Below are positions 24,001 through 36,700 of a stretch of DNA of 51,417 nucleotides, one piece after another. A program made the translations under genes and the position numbers. Numbering within the stretch: position 1 is the first letter of the stretch; each line of letters begins with the position of its first letter. This DNA comes from Octopus bimaculoides. Lineage: Eukaryota. The stretch covers positions 9,042,153 through 9,093,569 of the forward strand of contig NC_068993.1 in the NCBI RefSeq assembly GCF_001194135.2, in the 5' to 3' direction. The notes below the pieces were generated by a model. It was not told the DNA's origin. It did not search any database and saw only the letters and a program-made list of their open reading frames with translations.

Positions 24001-27000
24001 AGTAAGAAGATATATGTGTACTCCACGGGGAAACATCGGTCTTAGAAAGACCAAAGCTACTCCGTAAAATATTCATAGAAATTGTGAATCATTTGGGGTT
24101 GCGTCATAAGTCTATATAAAATGAAAGAAATATATAAAATTCGAAAGAAAAGACTGGAAGAGTTTAACTTTCGATGCACGATGTTAAGGAAATACGCAGG
24201 AAGACTTCCGTTTATTTATACGAGAGACCCAGACTGAAAATATTTCTTTGCGATTTTTTAAAGTTGGAATTCCATTGGCAATCAATATTAAGTGGAATAT
24301 TCACAAGGGTTGTTTGCTGATGGCGTTACTTAACCCCAGGTCAGCCCAGATCTCGAGCAGACGTGCATAGATGTTCCAGCTTAGCGTCTTTTTCTACGTC
24401 TGGGACTAGATTAACTATTGCGTCATTCCTTCACCTGCCAGAAATAGCAGCTAAATCTCCCTCAGACAAAACCTGCTTTCAAAAGCGATTGACACATTGG
24501 CTAACTTAGTCTTAACACTGCTTGAAAAAATAATGTAGAGAGAGAGGATTACGGCTGGGAGGTCCTTTGGTCATAAATCTATTCAATTTGGGTTGGTTGT
24601 TAAATTAGACGAATCAACCCTCTAAGATCGGGAATAAGTTATTGTGGACTTTCAGAAAAGATTATTCCTTACCCCCATGAGGAAGGAAAAGGGGTAAATT
24701 TATTGAAATTTACCGGAAAAGGTTACGAAAGATGGGAAGGGGAGAAGTGGAAAAAAATTTTAATTTTAGCAAAAAATATCTTTTAAAATCGTAATTACCG
24801 TTGCATGAAACACAGGTGGAGAACTACCATTTTAAAGTTTAATTTCTTCTATTTATGCCATTCACAATCAAATATATTATAAGCATATAGATTCTCCAGT
24901 ACCTGAATGGTATTTACTTTTATCGGTCCCGGAAGAACTGGAACTTGGATAACAGATATCACAAAGTGTTTTGTTTGACGCTTTGATGATTTTTACTAAT
25001 GTATATTCAACCCAGGGGCTGATCAGGTACTTAGTTTATCGAACCTGAAAGAATGAAGATAAACTTGACATCGGTGGGATTTGAACTCAGAATATAAATT
25101 GCCGCAAGATATTTTGACCAAGAGGACAAATATAATAATAATAAAGAGCTCGTAGACTCGATTTAGCGAGAATATGTCTATGTGCATGTGTGAAGGGGGA
25201 GGATAAAACAGTTCGCACAAGGATGCCCGCCAAATATTAATTTAACTCATATAGGGGCAGCAAGGGAGTCGTGTATGCTAAGAATTACAATAGTATGGGG
25301 AAGTGGAAGAAATGAGATTGCGTGACGTTCATGCCTGTTTTTTTTTTGTCAAGGACATTGCAATATAAGTGACGTAAACGCAAAATTTCAAGAATCGTAA
25401 CAAACCCGGTCGTTGACACAGATCGCTTGCACCTTTAACTCCTCTGTTCTGTTACGTTTATAAACAGACACTGATTGCAGTTACAATCAAGGTATGAAAT
25501 GTGGTGACATTCATGTTTTCCCCAAGAAGAAAGAACAACAAAAAGGAGGGAGACACTAGTGAAGAGAAGTTGGTGCGATTGAGAGTCAAAACAGGGGTTG
25601 CGGCCATCGTCTTGCTCTCAGCAACGCACATAAATTTAGCACCCATTTCTTTACATATTCATTTGGGGTTGCTACTCAGAGGTCCTTCGTTACGTGCGAT
25701 CTTTCGAACGAATAATTACAGTTTTTACTACGTGTCGCGTACTCTTTTCTCTCATTTGTACTTCCTAAAGTACATGCGTATATGAGGAGAGGGTTCACTA
25801 AAGAAAAACCAAACGAAACCAAATTCATTAAACAAAAAACAACACAAAGGGGGGGGAGGTGGAAGAAAGCAAGAGAGGTAACAGTGTTCATGCCTTTCTC
25901 CATCATGGACACGGATGCAAACCTAAACTAAAAACGGGTTCCACCATCCATTATTAAGAAGAGCAACAATAATCGGTTGGTTGCCATGTACAATAACGAT
26001 GATAATCGTAGTGTTGGTGACAGTGAAGGCAGACATTTGGGTGGCTGTGTGTACAGCTTGTGGGGGAAATAGATAGATGGATGGATGACACAAACACGTC
26101 AGTGTATACACACGTGTATGTGTGTGTGTGTTGTGTAATGTTTATGAGGTTCTTTCACAACTAGACTTTTAATGGAAAATCATTATTTTTTTCGATGTAT
26201 ATATACATTTGTTTGTGTGTACAAACTATATAATGATATAGAATTTCCAAGGTACTTAGATTAGACATTATATATGTACACACATATATATATATTTATA
26301 TATGCGTGTATATGTTTGTATGTTGTGTGTGTGCGCGCGTAATGTGTCTGAGTGTAAATGTGTCTGTCTGAGGGAAAAGAAAGATACGAATAGAGTAACG
26401 AGTGAGGGGGTGCATGTTAAATAGTGAAAAAGAGAAAGACAAAGCGATAACGGGAGTAACGTGGTGGCAGTAATATCGAATGAAAGAGGGATAGCGTGAG
26501 GAAGAGGAGGTAAAATTGTAACTTAACGTTAGTCTCTTAATAAGAGCAAATGTTTTTGTTTTTGAAAAAAAGAATACCTAGGTTTTTAGATGTTTTTAAC
26601 TTACCTTGCGGCTTGGTCTCCGCCCGGATTTTTTTTAACCTTATGTGGATTCATAAGCAACACTTAGCAAGAAAAGTTATTTAAATTTCCTCTCAGTCAT
26701 TTGAATAATCTAGAAATGATAACTTGGAAGACGCCAACCAGTTGCCTCGCCTACCCTCGTCGTCAAATCAACGTTCCCGTGACCTTTTACATTTTTTTGT
26801 CGCTTAAACAGTTAAAAGTTAAAAATGAAATACAATCGGCTTTTTAATTCAATTTTTCAAAGATTAATTCAGAATTTTAGTGTTCCAACAAATCATATTG
26901 ATATTTTTAAAAACCCAGTGTTTCCTTCTAATACACAAGTAAAGAAACAAATAAAAATTAGCCCAGTTAAAACTCCCATCATGCAATGCTCCATACTATG

Positions 27001-27632
27001 GCTGCCGATAACTTGATCGTCTGCTTTGTTGCAATTTTTTTCACTGACGAATGTAAGTATATTTAAATATGAATGCAACAATGTTTCGTATTTTTTCATA
27101 TATATTATAGCATATTATCCTACTTTCATAATTCCTCATTCAAATTTTGTTGTTAATATGTGAATAATCATTCCAGAATAAACGAATCTTGTCGCTACTT
27201 TTTCAAAGACATGTCTGTCTTATGGAACGTGATGTACTGCCCGATACATATACATGTTTATATATAGATAAAACATAAGAAATATTCGAGAGATGATGAC
27301 GAAAACGATCTTGAGACTTTTAGTGTGGATGTTGAAGACTGCGAGCAGATGACGAAAAATCGATCGGTTTGGAAAGAAGTGATTGATCTACGGTGGTTGT
27401 GAAGTATTTGAGACACTGAGAATCGAACGCTCCATCTTACAACGAGCACTTTGTAAACAGGACTGGACTTCAATCCCAGACACCTTTCTGCCTGAAAATG
27501 TAATATCTGCAGTAAGGCGTGTTCGTCCAGGGCCAGACTTGCTAATCATATAAGATCCCATGACGGCATTTACTAATTGATAAGATGGCCTTTCTGTAAA
27601 GAAATGGCAATCACCATATCTATATATAATAT

Positions 27633-27663
<31 letters not shown>

Positions 27664-28444
27664 GCGACACGTCAGAAATTCGTTATCACCATACGTGTTT
27701 CCTTTTACTTTCTGTTTCCAGGAATTTTTTATTTATTTATGTTAATATATATTCTCTTGGGCAAATAAATACAAAAGTGTATGATGTATGTATTTTATTC
27801 TGATTAAAAGGAATCTACTGACCATTATGCAATACTCAAAGAATAACCGAACATATATATGTATGTGTGTGTAGGCACATGAATGTGATTATATCATAAT
27901 TTTTAACAGGTTTACATCGAGATGTGATTTTATTTATTATTTTCTTCTCTTTTAAATAATAATAATAATAATACAGCAATATATATGTAAGTATATATGT
28001 TTATATTTATATAAGGGCATTACTACAGAATAATGCCACACACCAGACTTCCCATTATTCTGTAGTAATACCGTTATATAAATATAAACGAATAATTATA
28101 TTCTTGGGAATAGAAATTTCCCTTGTGAATTTTTTTACACAATAGCTTCCTGATAAAATTCTTGTAAAAGATTTTTATCCTTTTTTGAATTTATTAATCA
28201 AATGTAAGTATATATGGTTAGAAACATGAATATTTAATCTAACGCCTCAAAGAAGATTTAAAACGTCCATATGGACCAACTTTATGGAATATTCCTTCCA
28301 AACGTTTAAATGAATTTATAAATCCAAATACGCTTCACTTTTTTAATTTGCAAAAATATTTTATCATTCTTCAGTGGGAACATAAAGGTACTGAATTTGA
28401 CCAGATGGTATTATTTGAAAGGTCGTGTTCGTTCGGTTGACAGA

Positions 28445-28611
28445 ACGGGCCGTCTTAACACCATTATGGGACCCCGGGGCAAATCATAGCACTGGACCCT
28501 GTAGAATTGATTTATTGACAGCAAGCCACGACATAAATCAGAATTGGGCTCGTAGACAAGTGATGGCTTCCAGTCAACTGACCATTGTCTCTACGCCTTA
28601 AGACGGCACTG
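28445..28611. mobile_element. hAT-like MITE
   Basis: GGGCCGTCTTAA ... TTAAGACGGCACTG terminal inverted repeats; no intact TSD. Confidence 0.55.
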
Positions 28612-29559
28612 GTCTTAGATATGCAACACACACACACACACACACAAAACTGGTTGGAAAGCGTCGATTAACTGAGATTATTCAAGGCAATAAGTTGAGA
28701 AATCTTTTGAACGTCTAAAACTCTAAGTAAAATAATAATGAACTATGTGCAATAATTACAGTAATATCAGCTTTAAAAAAAAAACAGAAAGGCAATGCAG
28801 ATAGTGAAAGCAGTGGACATTTTGAATCCAGGTAAAAATGTCACAGGGAATTTGTCCGAGTGGGGTTTTACCTGGATCCCATAAATTGTGAATTTTTTTC
28901 CTAGCCAAAGTTGTGACTTTATTATCGGTCACCCATATTTCCTGTTATTTATTAGACCTTTTCCGCGAAATATCTTATACGCAGTTGGCAAGTCTTAGGT
29001 TAATTTCTAGGTCTTTATAAATTTATTTTCGTTAATCAAGTTGGAAAGCCGTGCCCATGGACCATCAAAGGACACCAAGAATAGGGCATAGAAAAGAGGG
29101 AAGTGACCTAACCCGAATACTTTTAAATAAGAGTGGTCCCCTGGGAAAGGTGGTGATATTAAACAGAATGATGGAAGCAATTAAATGGGTGTCTGATAAT
29201 ACCGAAACATGTTGGCTTTTACTAGTTCCTTTCACAGACAAGATCCACTTTTATTTGTGTTGTTTATTTCCTCAATATTTCGGTTAGCTGATATTATTGG
29301 AGTTACCTCCCATACTTGTTTGGGATAAATTTGAAACACCTCTAGAAGATGGATTTCTTAAAAAGTTTCAACGATTATTTATGTAGATAATTTCAGTTGA
29401 TCAAAAGTTTTTAAAACCGCTATATAACGTATATTCGACCTTACTCTGTATATGCAGAATACTCGCTTTCCTTGGGTACTTTTCTGTCACCTCTTTTGTT
29501 AAGTTGGCATCGCCTGTCGGTTGACAACAACCCCCATGGATGTTATAAGACATGAAGAG

Positions 29560-30145
29560 AACCGCTTGAGCTACTTAAACTAACAACCAAATTTCCCTCG
29601 GATCGTACCCTAAAAAGGGGGAAAGGATTCCCTGGATAATGGATACTTCATACTCTTCTTCTCCAAAAGGCGGGATTGTCACGATTTGACTGTCTTTGAT
29701 CATAAGCTTGCTCCATAAGGTTGAACTGGGGTTAAAACAACCGCAAGGACAATACGAGCCAAGGAAAACTCTAGAGATTCCAGATTTCTCTCAAACTACA
29801 TCCTAATAGCTTAAAAAGTAAGAATACATTCAATAAAATCGTTCTGGATACATTACGACTCAATAAAAAAGACAGGGTGGGCACAGCTAGAACGTCAATG
29901 ATCGTAATTCTGTTAGTTTAGGGCTGACCAAGAACTAAACACCACATGGTCGATATAAGCCAACGAAAGAGAGTCTCTACGTGTTTCTCGAACTGCTAGA
30001 AATAGCAACCTAATATCCCCCAAATTACAACCTCACATCCTACTGTCTTATGAAAACGCCCCTCGTCGTACACACAGCAGTGTTTATAACTGAAACAGTT
30101 AAAAATCATTACTCGATGAGGGCTTGCCTTGGGCTAAACTTTTAC
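29560..30145 (+). repeat. Three degenerate tandem copies of repeat family E (CTAGAAATAGCAGCCAAATCTCCCTC...GGGCTAAAC); other copies at about 2830-2980, 11860-12070 (-), 14310-14480, 15110-15230, 24320-24500, 34590-34740 (-) and 37300-37430 (-)
   Basis: Recurrent motifs AAATAGCAGCCAAATCTCCCTCAAAT, GGATAATGTAG and CCTGGGGCTAAACAAC. Confidence 0.6.
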
Positions 30146-33100
30146 AACGTCAACCTTATCGACAATATGCTAAGATTTTGCTGAGCGTGTAATTCACACA
30201 TGAAAGTGTGTGAATGAATATATTGATCTAAAAGTGTGTTTATTTTTATAAACTGAATCCTAAATTCTGATTTTCCTTCGACCCCACCCACTCTATCTCT
30301 CCCTAGCTCGATATTTCAGTAAACTTTTCGTTTCGATCTTTCTCTTTCGCGAAGGATTCTCCCGATACGTTGGACTTATTCACTTAACGGTAAAAATAAT
30401 TTCTCCCACTCTGTGAACATCTTTTGCACTTTAGATTGTAATAGACGTTCTCTACCCAAACGGACATGGGCTGTTTGTATTTCTTTTAGTGTTATATATA
30501 TATATATATATTTTAAGTTGTGATATTCATTTATAATCTAACTGTATGATATCTTGTTTATTTCAATATTGTCGATTACACTTTATCGTAATTTGGAAAC
30601 ACACACCCACCTGTTTATTAAACAATATGGTTAAATTCTAATCATGTTTTCAACGTTTTTCAGATGTTTTATTTAAATGCAAAATACTGGTATAGTTTCT
30701 TAAATTGTAAATAAAATTTCATTTCGTTTACACGTATTTAAAAAAAAAAGAAAATCTCTCATAAACACACGCGCGCACACATTTACTGGTCCACTCACTT
30801 TTAATCTGACGTTGAAACTAGAACATGTGACGTACTTTTAAGTCGTAGGAAATAAACTATAACCTATCGCCCGAACAAATAACAAGATGGCAGTGCTCCA
30901 GCATGACCGTAATCCCTGTGGTGTCAACGTAAGAATATTTGTTCAATTAGTTCAATTTTTTATACCCAGCTGTACAACATCCATCCTTTAGCCTCTTCGT
31001 TATTTATCCCCTGTCGTAGCAATATGGCTTTTTTTCATTTTCTCACACCTAAACATTTCTTTATTTTTTCAAAGTCTAGGGCCTGGTTAATTTTCTTTCT
31101 TTCTCCCCCCCCCCTTCGTCATAACCTCTTAACCCCCTTTCATTTGCCCTGTGGGCTTGAAACAGTATCCGCTGCTATGTGTCATGTAAACGGTTATTTC
31201 AAACAAATTTCTCAACGGTGGTGGTTGTTGTTATTTAGCCGCAAGTCAACTCTGATTGAGCAGACTTGTCATCAAAGAAATGTACTTTTCAGCCAAGAAA
31301 ACCACGTTTGTATCCCATCCTTCAGTAAACATTGTTCACTCAGAATGACATTATGCGCTGTCTTTTTTTTTTTTTTATCTAAAATGATGTGGAGATTTGG
31401 CTGTAATTTTTGACAGATTGGGTGAATGTGTAGAGCAGTCACGGGCAGCCTGCTGTTCGCTGAACTTCCTGAATAGCACGACTAAAAATTACCTTGAATT
31501 TTTTTAGTGATGCGGTCCGGTCTCGTGACCCGCTTCACGGAAAAGTTTGCCCCATGTTTAGTGTAGAATCTCTCTAACTAGATTTGTCTATGGTCTTGTT
31601 ATAGAGTGTCATTTTGCACTGTTTTATATACCAACTTGACAAGGGAAGCAACAAGGTCGTGAATACCTGACTGTTGCACGTTTTCATCGTGTTTCTTGAC
31701 GAAGGACAAACAGTTTATTTCAGCCTAGATTTGTTGTTAGAAACAGGTGCCCACTTATATCTAAAATCTCTTCTCCCGTTGATGATTTATCTCATTGGCT
31801 TTAATATGTAAAGCTGGGGTTAAGTACCAGTGTTTAAAAGCTCTCCAGGCTAAGAGGAGAGAGACCTATTATTAAACACAGTATCTAAAGAAGACAAAAT
31901 CGAAATGGCTTGTTTCAAATGACACAGATGAAAAAGATAACCCAAAGAACAAGGAAGATCATGAACTTACTTATCTCAAATTTAGGACTACTTTTGTTTG
32001 AAATAGTCCCTGAATTACAGAATAAAAAGATAACTGACAGAACATTTCTAAAAGACTTATAGGCTGTACATAACAGGTATACACTGTTTCTTTCAAGTCT
32101 GGGAGAATGCACAACCTATTCTGCAGAATTTGGCTGTGTGAAGTTCAATGTAGTTGTTCAGCAATAACTGTACTCTTTTTGTTATCCAGTGGCTTTGTTG
32201 GTAATTGCATTAGGGCTATACCAGGTAGATCTGATCAGTGTGGTAGCTTTGTTTTGTTGTGACATGTAGTGTAGTTCTACTGTCGGCTGGTGACCCTGAC
32301 ATTTAACAGATTTTGTTATTTCATATAGACTTTCACTGTGTTGGTCTTTTACAAATAGTAACAGCAATAATTACATACTGGGAGAGAAGGAAAAACTGTG
32401 CATTGATCAATGAAGTTACTTTGTGTGTGACATTGTGTGAATGTTTAGTTCAATCTGTCCAAGAACCTGGAGATGTCTGCACAAATATCTGAAACCAATT
32501 GATGTGGCAAAATGGAGGCATATTGCACAGCTGCCACAACATTCTGCCTTGCTAGAGATTGAGACTAGAAAGAGTCAGCCGGTTTCAACACTCTGCAAAG
32601 AATTTAGGCACCAAAAGCAGCTCATAGGGTACAAGCAGAAGATTCTGGATAATTGAATCCCATGATGGCTTCATGCAGATTAGTTGCTTAATAGATTGAT
32701 CATATGATACTACTGTGGCTTGCTTGTGACATCTGACTGGTTACCTAGTGATTCAGTTTTGAATCACCGCGACAGTTTCTAACTTCAGTTTGTATTCAGA
32801 ATCTGTATATTCGCTTGTTCTTTCTGTACAACTAATTCCTTAACAGTAATAATAATTTCGATAACCTGTTGTTATTTCTTAATTCTAGAAGGATGAAGTT
32901 ATGTATGGAATTCGATCATCTTGCTGAAACCATTATACATGTGTGGAAGATAGGAGCTCTTTTACATTTATTAATCATTGAAAGATTAACATTTTAATCT
33001 AAGTTATAAAAGAATGCAAAGATAAATCTACATAGATATTTATCAATGAAACACCATGCTTCAAACCTTTTAATCTTTGAATTACAGTTTTTGTTTTTTA

Positions 33101-33545
33101 ATTTATATTATTCTTTGAAAACATAGATAAAGTATTATCTTTAATAAGTACTGGGGTACTGAGATAACACATTTCAGTGAATCATATTTATTTTTTTCAA
33201 TTTTGTATTTACCATATATCTTACTACAAATTTCATACTTAATGATTTAATTGGTGCTACATATAGCTATATTTCATATTTTCATGTTTATTTTTATTTA
33301 TTTCTAATATTGTTTTTAGTATAATTTCTGAAGTACAAAAATACCCAAAGAGAATATAAAAGTGTATATGGAGAAAAGTAGGAAGTCACTTTCTTGCTAG
33401 AAATATTTTTGGATTACGTTAAATCAGGTAAGCTTTCTTTTAACTGATAATATTTCAACAAGTTCCTTTGATTATCGTGTTTAAAGAGTATAAATAATCT
33501 ACAGTGAATTTAACGATCCTAATGTCTTTCTTCAGATAATCCATT

Positions 33546-33744
33546 ATGGATAAAAAGCCAGCTTTCTTGAAAGGACATGGTCGAGGGAGAGGGCGAGCCT
33601 CAAGTAATCCACCTGCAAATATACAAGAAAATGGAGGGAACCGAGGCAAAAGATTTAACCAAATCAATGAATCTAGCAAACCTGAAGTAAATGCTGCCTG
33701 TTCACCTAACATTCCTCCTAATCCATGGCATAAAAAGCCTCCTG
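33546..33744 (+). CDS. NFXL1: NFXL1 first coding exon ([20 protein letters not shown]...KKPP); acceptor at 33535/33536, 10 nt of 5'UTR before the ATG
   Basis: TTTCTTCAG acceptor, ATG at 33546, donor G|GTATGT, phase 1. Confidence 0.85.
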
Positions 33745-36700
33745 GTATGTAAAAAAATAATTAAAATTATTAAAAATAGAAATTAAATTCATAATTTATT
33801 GATTGTGTTTTTTTTCTGTTTTTTTACTGTTAAATCCTCATATACTGAGAAATAGATGTGACTGGACAAAACTGTTGTTCATTTGAACAGGTAAGGGTTA
33901 ATAGTTGGTTGGAAATGTTGGCAAGAAAGGATACAGGTCTGTTAATAACATTTAGCTTAGGCTCTTTGGAGGTGAAGCACAGTCAGAGTGAATGTATTTT
34001 TCTGTTTTATATTATGAGGCGTGTACTCTTCTATGGACACATACATATTTACACATTTCTGTATGAAAAGTCAATTAGGCACAGGAGTGGCTGTGTGGTT
34101 AGGAAGCTCGCTTACCAACCACATGGTTCCAGGTTCAGTCCCACTGCGTGGCACCTTGGGCAAGTGTCTTCTACTATAGCCTCGGGCCAACCAAAGCCTT
34201 GTGAGTGGATTTGGTAGATGGAAACTGAAAGAAGCCCGTTGTATATATGTATATATATATGTATGTGTGTGTGTGTGTCTGTGTTTGTCCCCCCCCCACC
34301 ATCGCTTGACAACCGATGGTGGTGTGTTTACATCCCCGTAACTTAGCGGTTTGGCAAAAGAGACCAATAGAATAAGTACTAGGCTTCCAAAGAATAAGTC
34401 CTGGGGTCCATTTGTTCGACTAAAGGCGTTGCTCCAGCATGGCCGCAGTCAAATGACTGAAACAAGTAAAAGAGTAAAAAGGGCTTGAGCTCTAATAATA
34501 TTTTTCTATCTTACAAATATGGTTTATTTGTAATTGAAAGCATTGACCTCTGTAGGGAAAGAAACATGCTTACAGCATATGAAGCTAAAGATCTTTGTTA
34601 TGTCACACTGATATATATTTCTTAGCTTGGCCATCTAGGACAAGTAGTATTGAGTGCTCTTTCCTTGAAATACAACATAAGATGATGTACAAGGCTAGAT
34701 ACTTTAGCTATGTTGTTTAGAATAGATGGCTATTTCTTTAAGTGATTTATTTTCTACCATCAATAAACATTAAATGGCTTCATTTATCAAATTTTGTTTT
34801 GTTTTTCTTTCTTTTTAGAAACTGAGAAAAATGGATTAGAAAACAGTGCTGAAGAACGCTTTCAAAAAGCTAGTTCACAGATGCAAGAATCAATTCAAAG
34901 ACATTTACAGTCAGCCCCTGAGCATTTTGAGGAAAGTGATTCATCTGAAGATGATTTGGCTGATAATGTGTTAGACACTGTTTTTGAAGGATATTCTGGA
35001 ACATATGGTAAAATAATCTTTTTAAATTGAAAATAGTCTCTTTCACAGTTTTATGAATTGTTTGTTATTTAATTACCAATATGAAGTAGTGATGGTGGTG
35101 GTAGTAGTAGTAATTTTTAACATTTTTTTACATAAAGATTGTGCTTTAGGATATATACAAAATGGAAAATAGAAAATTTTGATGTAAGGAGAAAAGAAAA
35201 AATTCCAAATGAGAATCAGACTGATAGTAGCAGTCATGATGTGTGTGTGTGTGTGTGTACATATATTCATATTGTCTAAAATAACAGTTAACTTTGAATA
35301 GCTGATTTTTTTTTTTTTTTTTTTTTTTTAGTAGTGGAGAGCAAGGTAGGGAACATGTATTAATCACTTCATTTGTATATTATTGTTGCTTATGAATAAC
35401 AGTGAAACGCTGAACTAATTAATCTAATATGAAGCATCTCTAAGATAGCTGTCTATCATTTTCGCTATATTCCCACCAAATAATGGCGATGACCAAGAAT
35501 TATAACGCTAGTACAATAGAGTGTATAAATTCTGTATAAATTTCAATTCTCATCTAGAAGAAACTAATTTCTTTATTTGCCATAGATCAATAAAATCTGC
35601 CATAACGATAAAACATGGAGAAAACACCTCATAGTATATCTAGCCTGAGATCAGGAGTGTTAGTTATCCAAGAATGGGTATTCATTGTCTTTAGAGTGAA
35701 ACAAATAAAGAATTGATGAACAATTTCAAATCATTGTACCTTATATGCTCTCATTATAGATTGTTTTATCTGACCAATGTGCAAATATAGCCCAAATGTA
35801 GTCAACAAAGTACAAAAGTAGCAACTTACTCAGGCTATTAAGATTTAGATATTTTACATTGTATTTGTGTGTATTTATGTACATTACATTGTGTGTGTAT
35901 GTGTATAAATATGTATGTATGAATCATCATCATCATCATCATCATCGTTTAATGTCCGCTTTCCATGCTGGTATAGGTTGGATGAAGGCAGGAACTGTTT
36001 TTCTAATAAAGGAACAAAAGCTCCCTCGTTGGAGTTTGGATAACAACAATGATAATTGTTCCATATTGAACTTTCAGAAAGTTTTGTATATTTATGTAGG
36101 TATATATATATATATATATATATATGAGTATATATACAAGGTGGTATCAAAAAGTTCCAGGTCTAGTTCTGCAGTACACCAACAGGTGGCAGCACATGGT
36201 TGCGTGTGCAGTGAGAGCTAGCAGTGACCTTTATCAGGCAGTATGCTGAGTGACATCACTGTGTTTACTTCGCAAGTTGTGAAATTTGTGTTTTTGTAAA
36301 CACATGTATGCTGTAGTCTGTGATTTTGTCATGGACAGGAACAAAGAGCCAATGTGAAATTTTGCATTAAATTTGGGAAGTCTGCTTCAGAGACATTGAG
36401 CATGCTTTGGTAAGCTTACGGCGATAAAACAATGGGTTGTACGCAATGTTTCAAGTGGCATGAGCACTTCAAAAGTGGAAGAATATTCCTAGAAAATGAT
36501 GAGTGATCTGGAAGATCCACCACATGCATCACTCCCAGAAATATGGTATTGTGCATCAAGAATTCATCTCGCAGGGTCAGACCAGCAATTGAGAGTTCCG
36601 CTATAACATTTTGAAGCATTTGAGGGAGGACATTTGGCAAAAGTGACCATATCTGTGGAGCACAAAGAATTGGATTCTTCATGGCAATGCACCCTCTCAC

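Noticed and set aside
18450-24076. Long C/V/Y/I/M-rich ORFs (for example 319 aa and 323 aa at 23067-24076)
   Set aside because: They are translations of TA/CA microsatellites and N gaps, not Cys-rich proteins.
28826-28877. 12-bp inverted repeat ATCCAGGTAAAA/TTTTACCTGGAT
   Set aside because: Too short and lacking a TSD to classify; probably a MITE remnant.
31430-31560. Possible hAT/Charlie-type end (GAAAAGTTTGCCC)
   Set aside because: No matching opposite terminus found.
31900-32700. Coding-like unique sequence upstream of NFXL1
   Set aside because: Several stops, no splice signals that fit and no recognisable domain; possibly an ancient TE relic.
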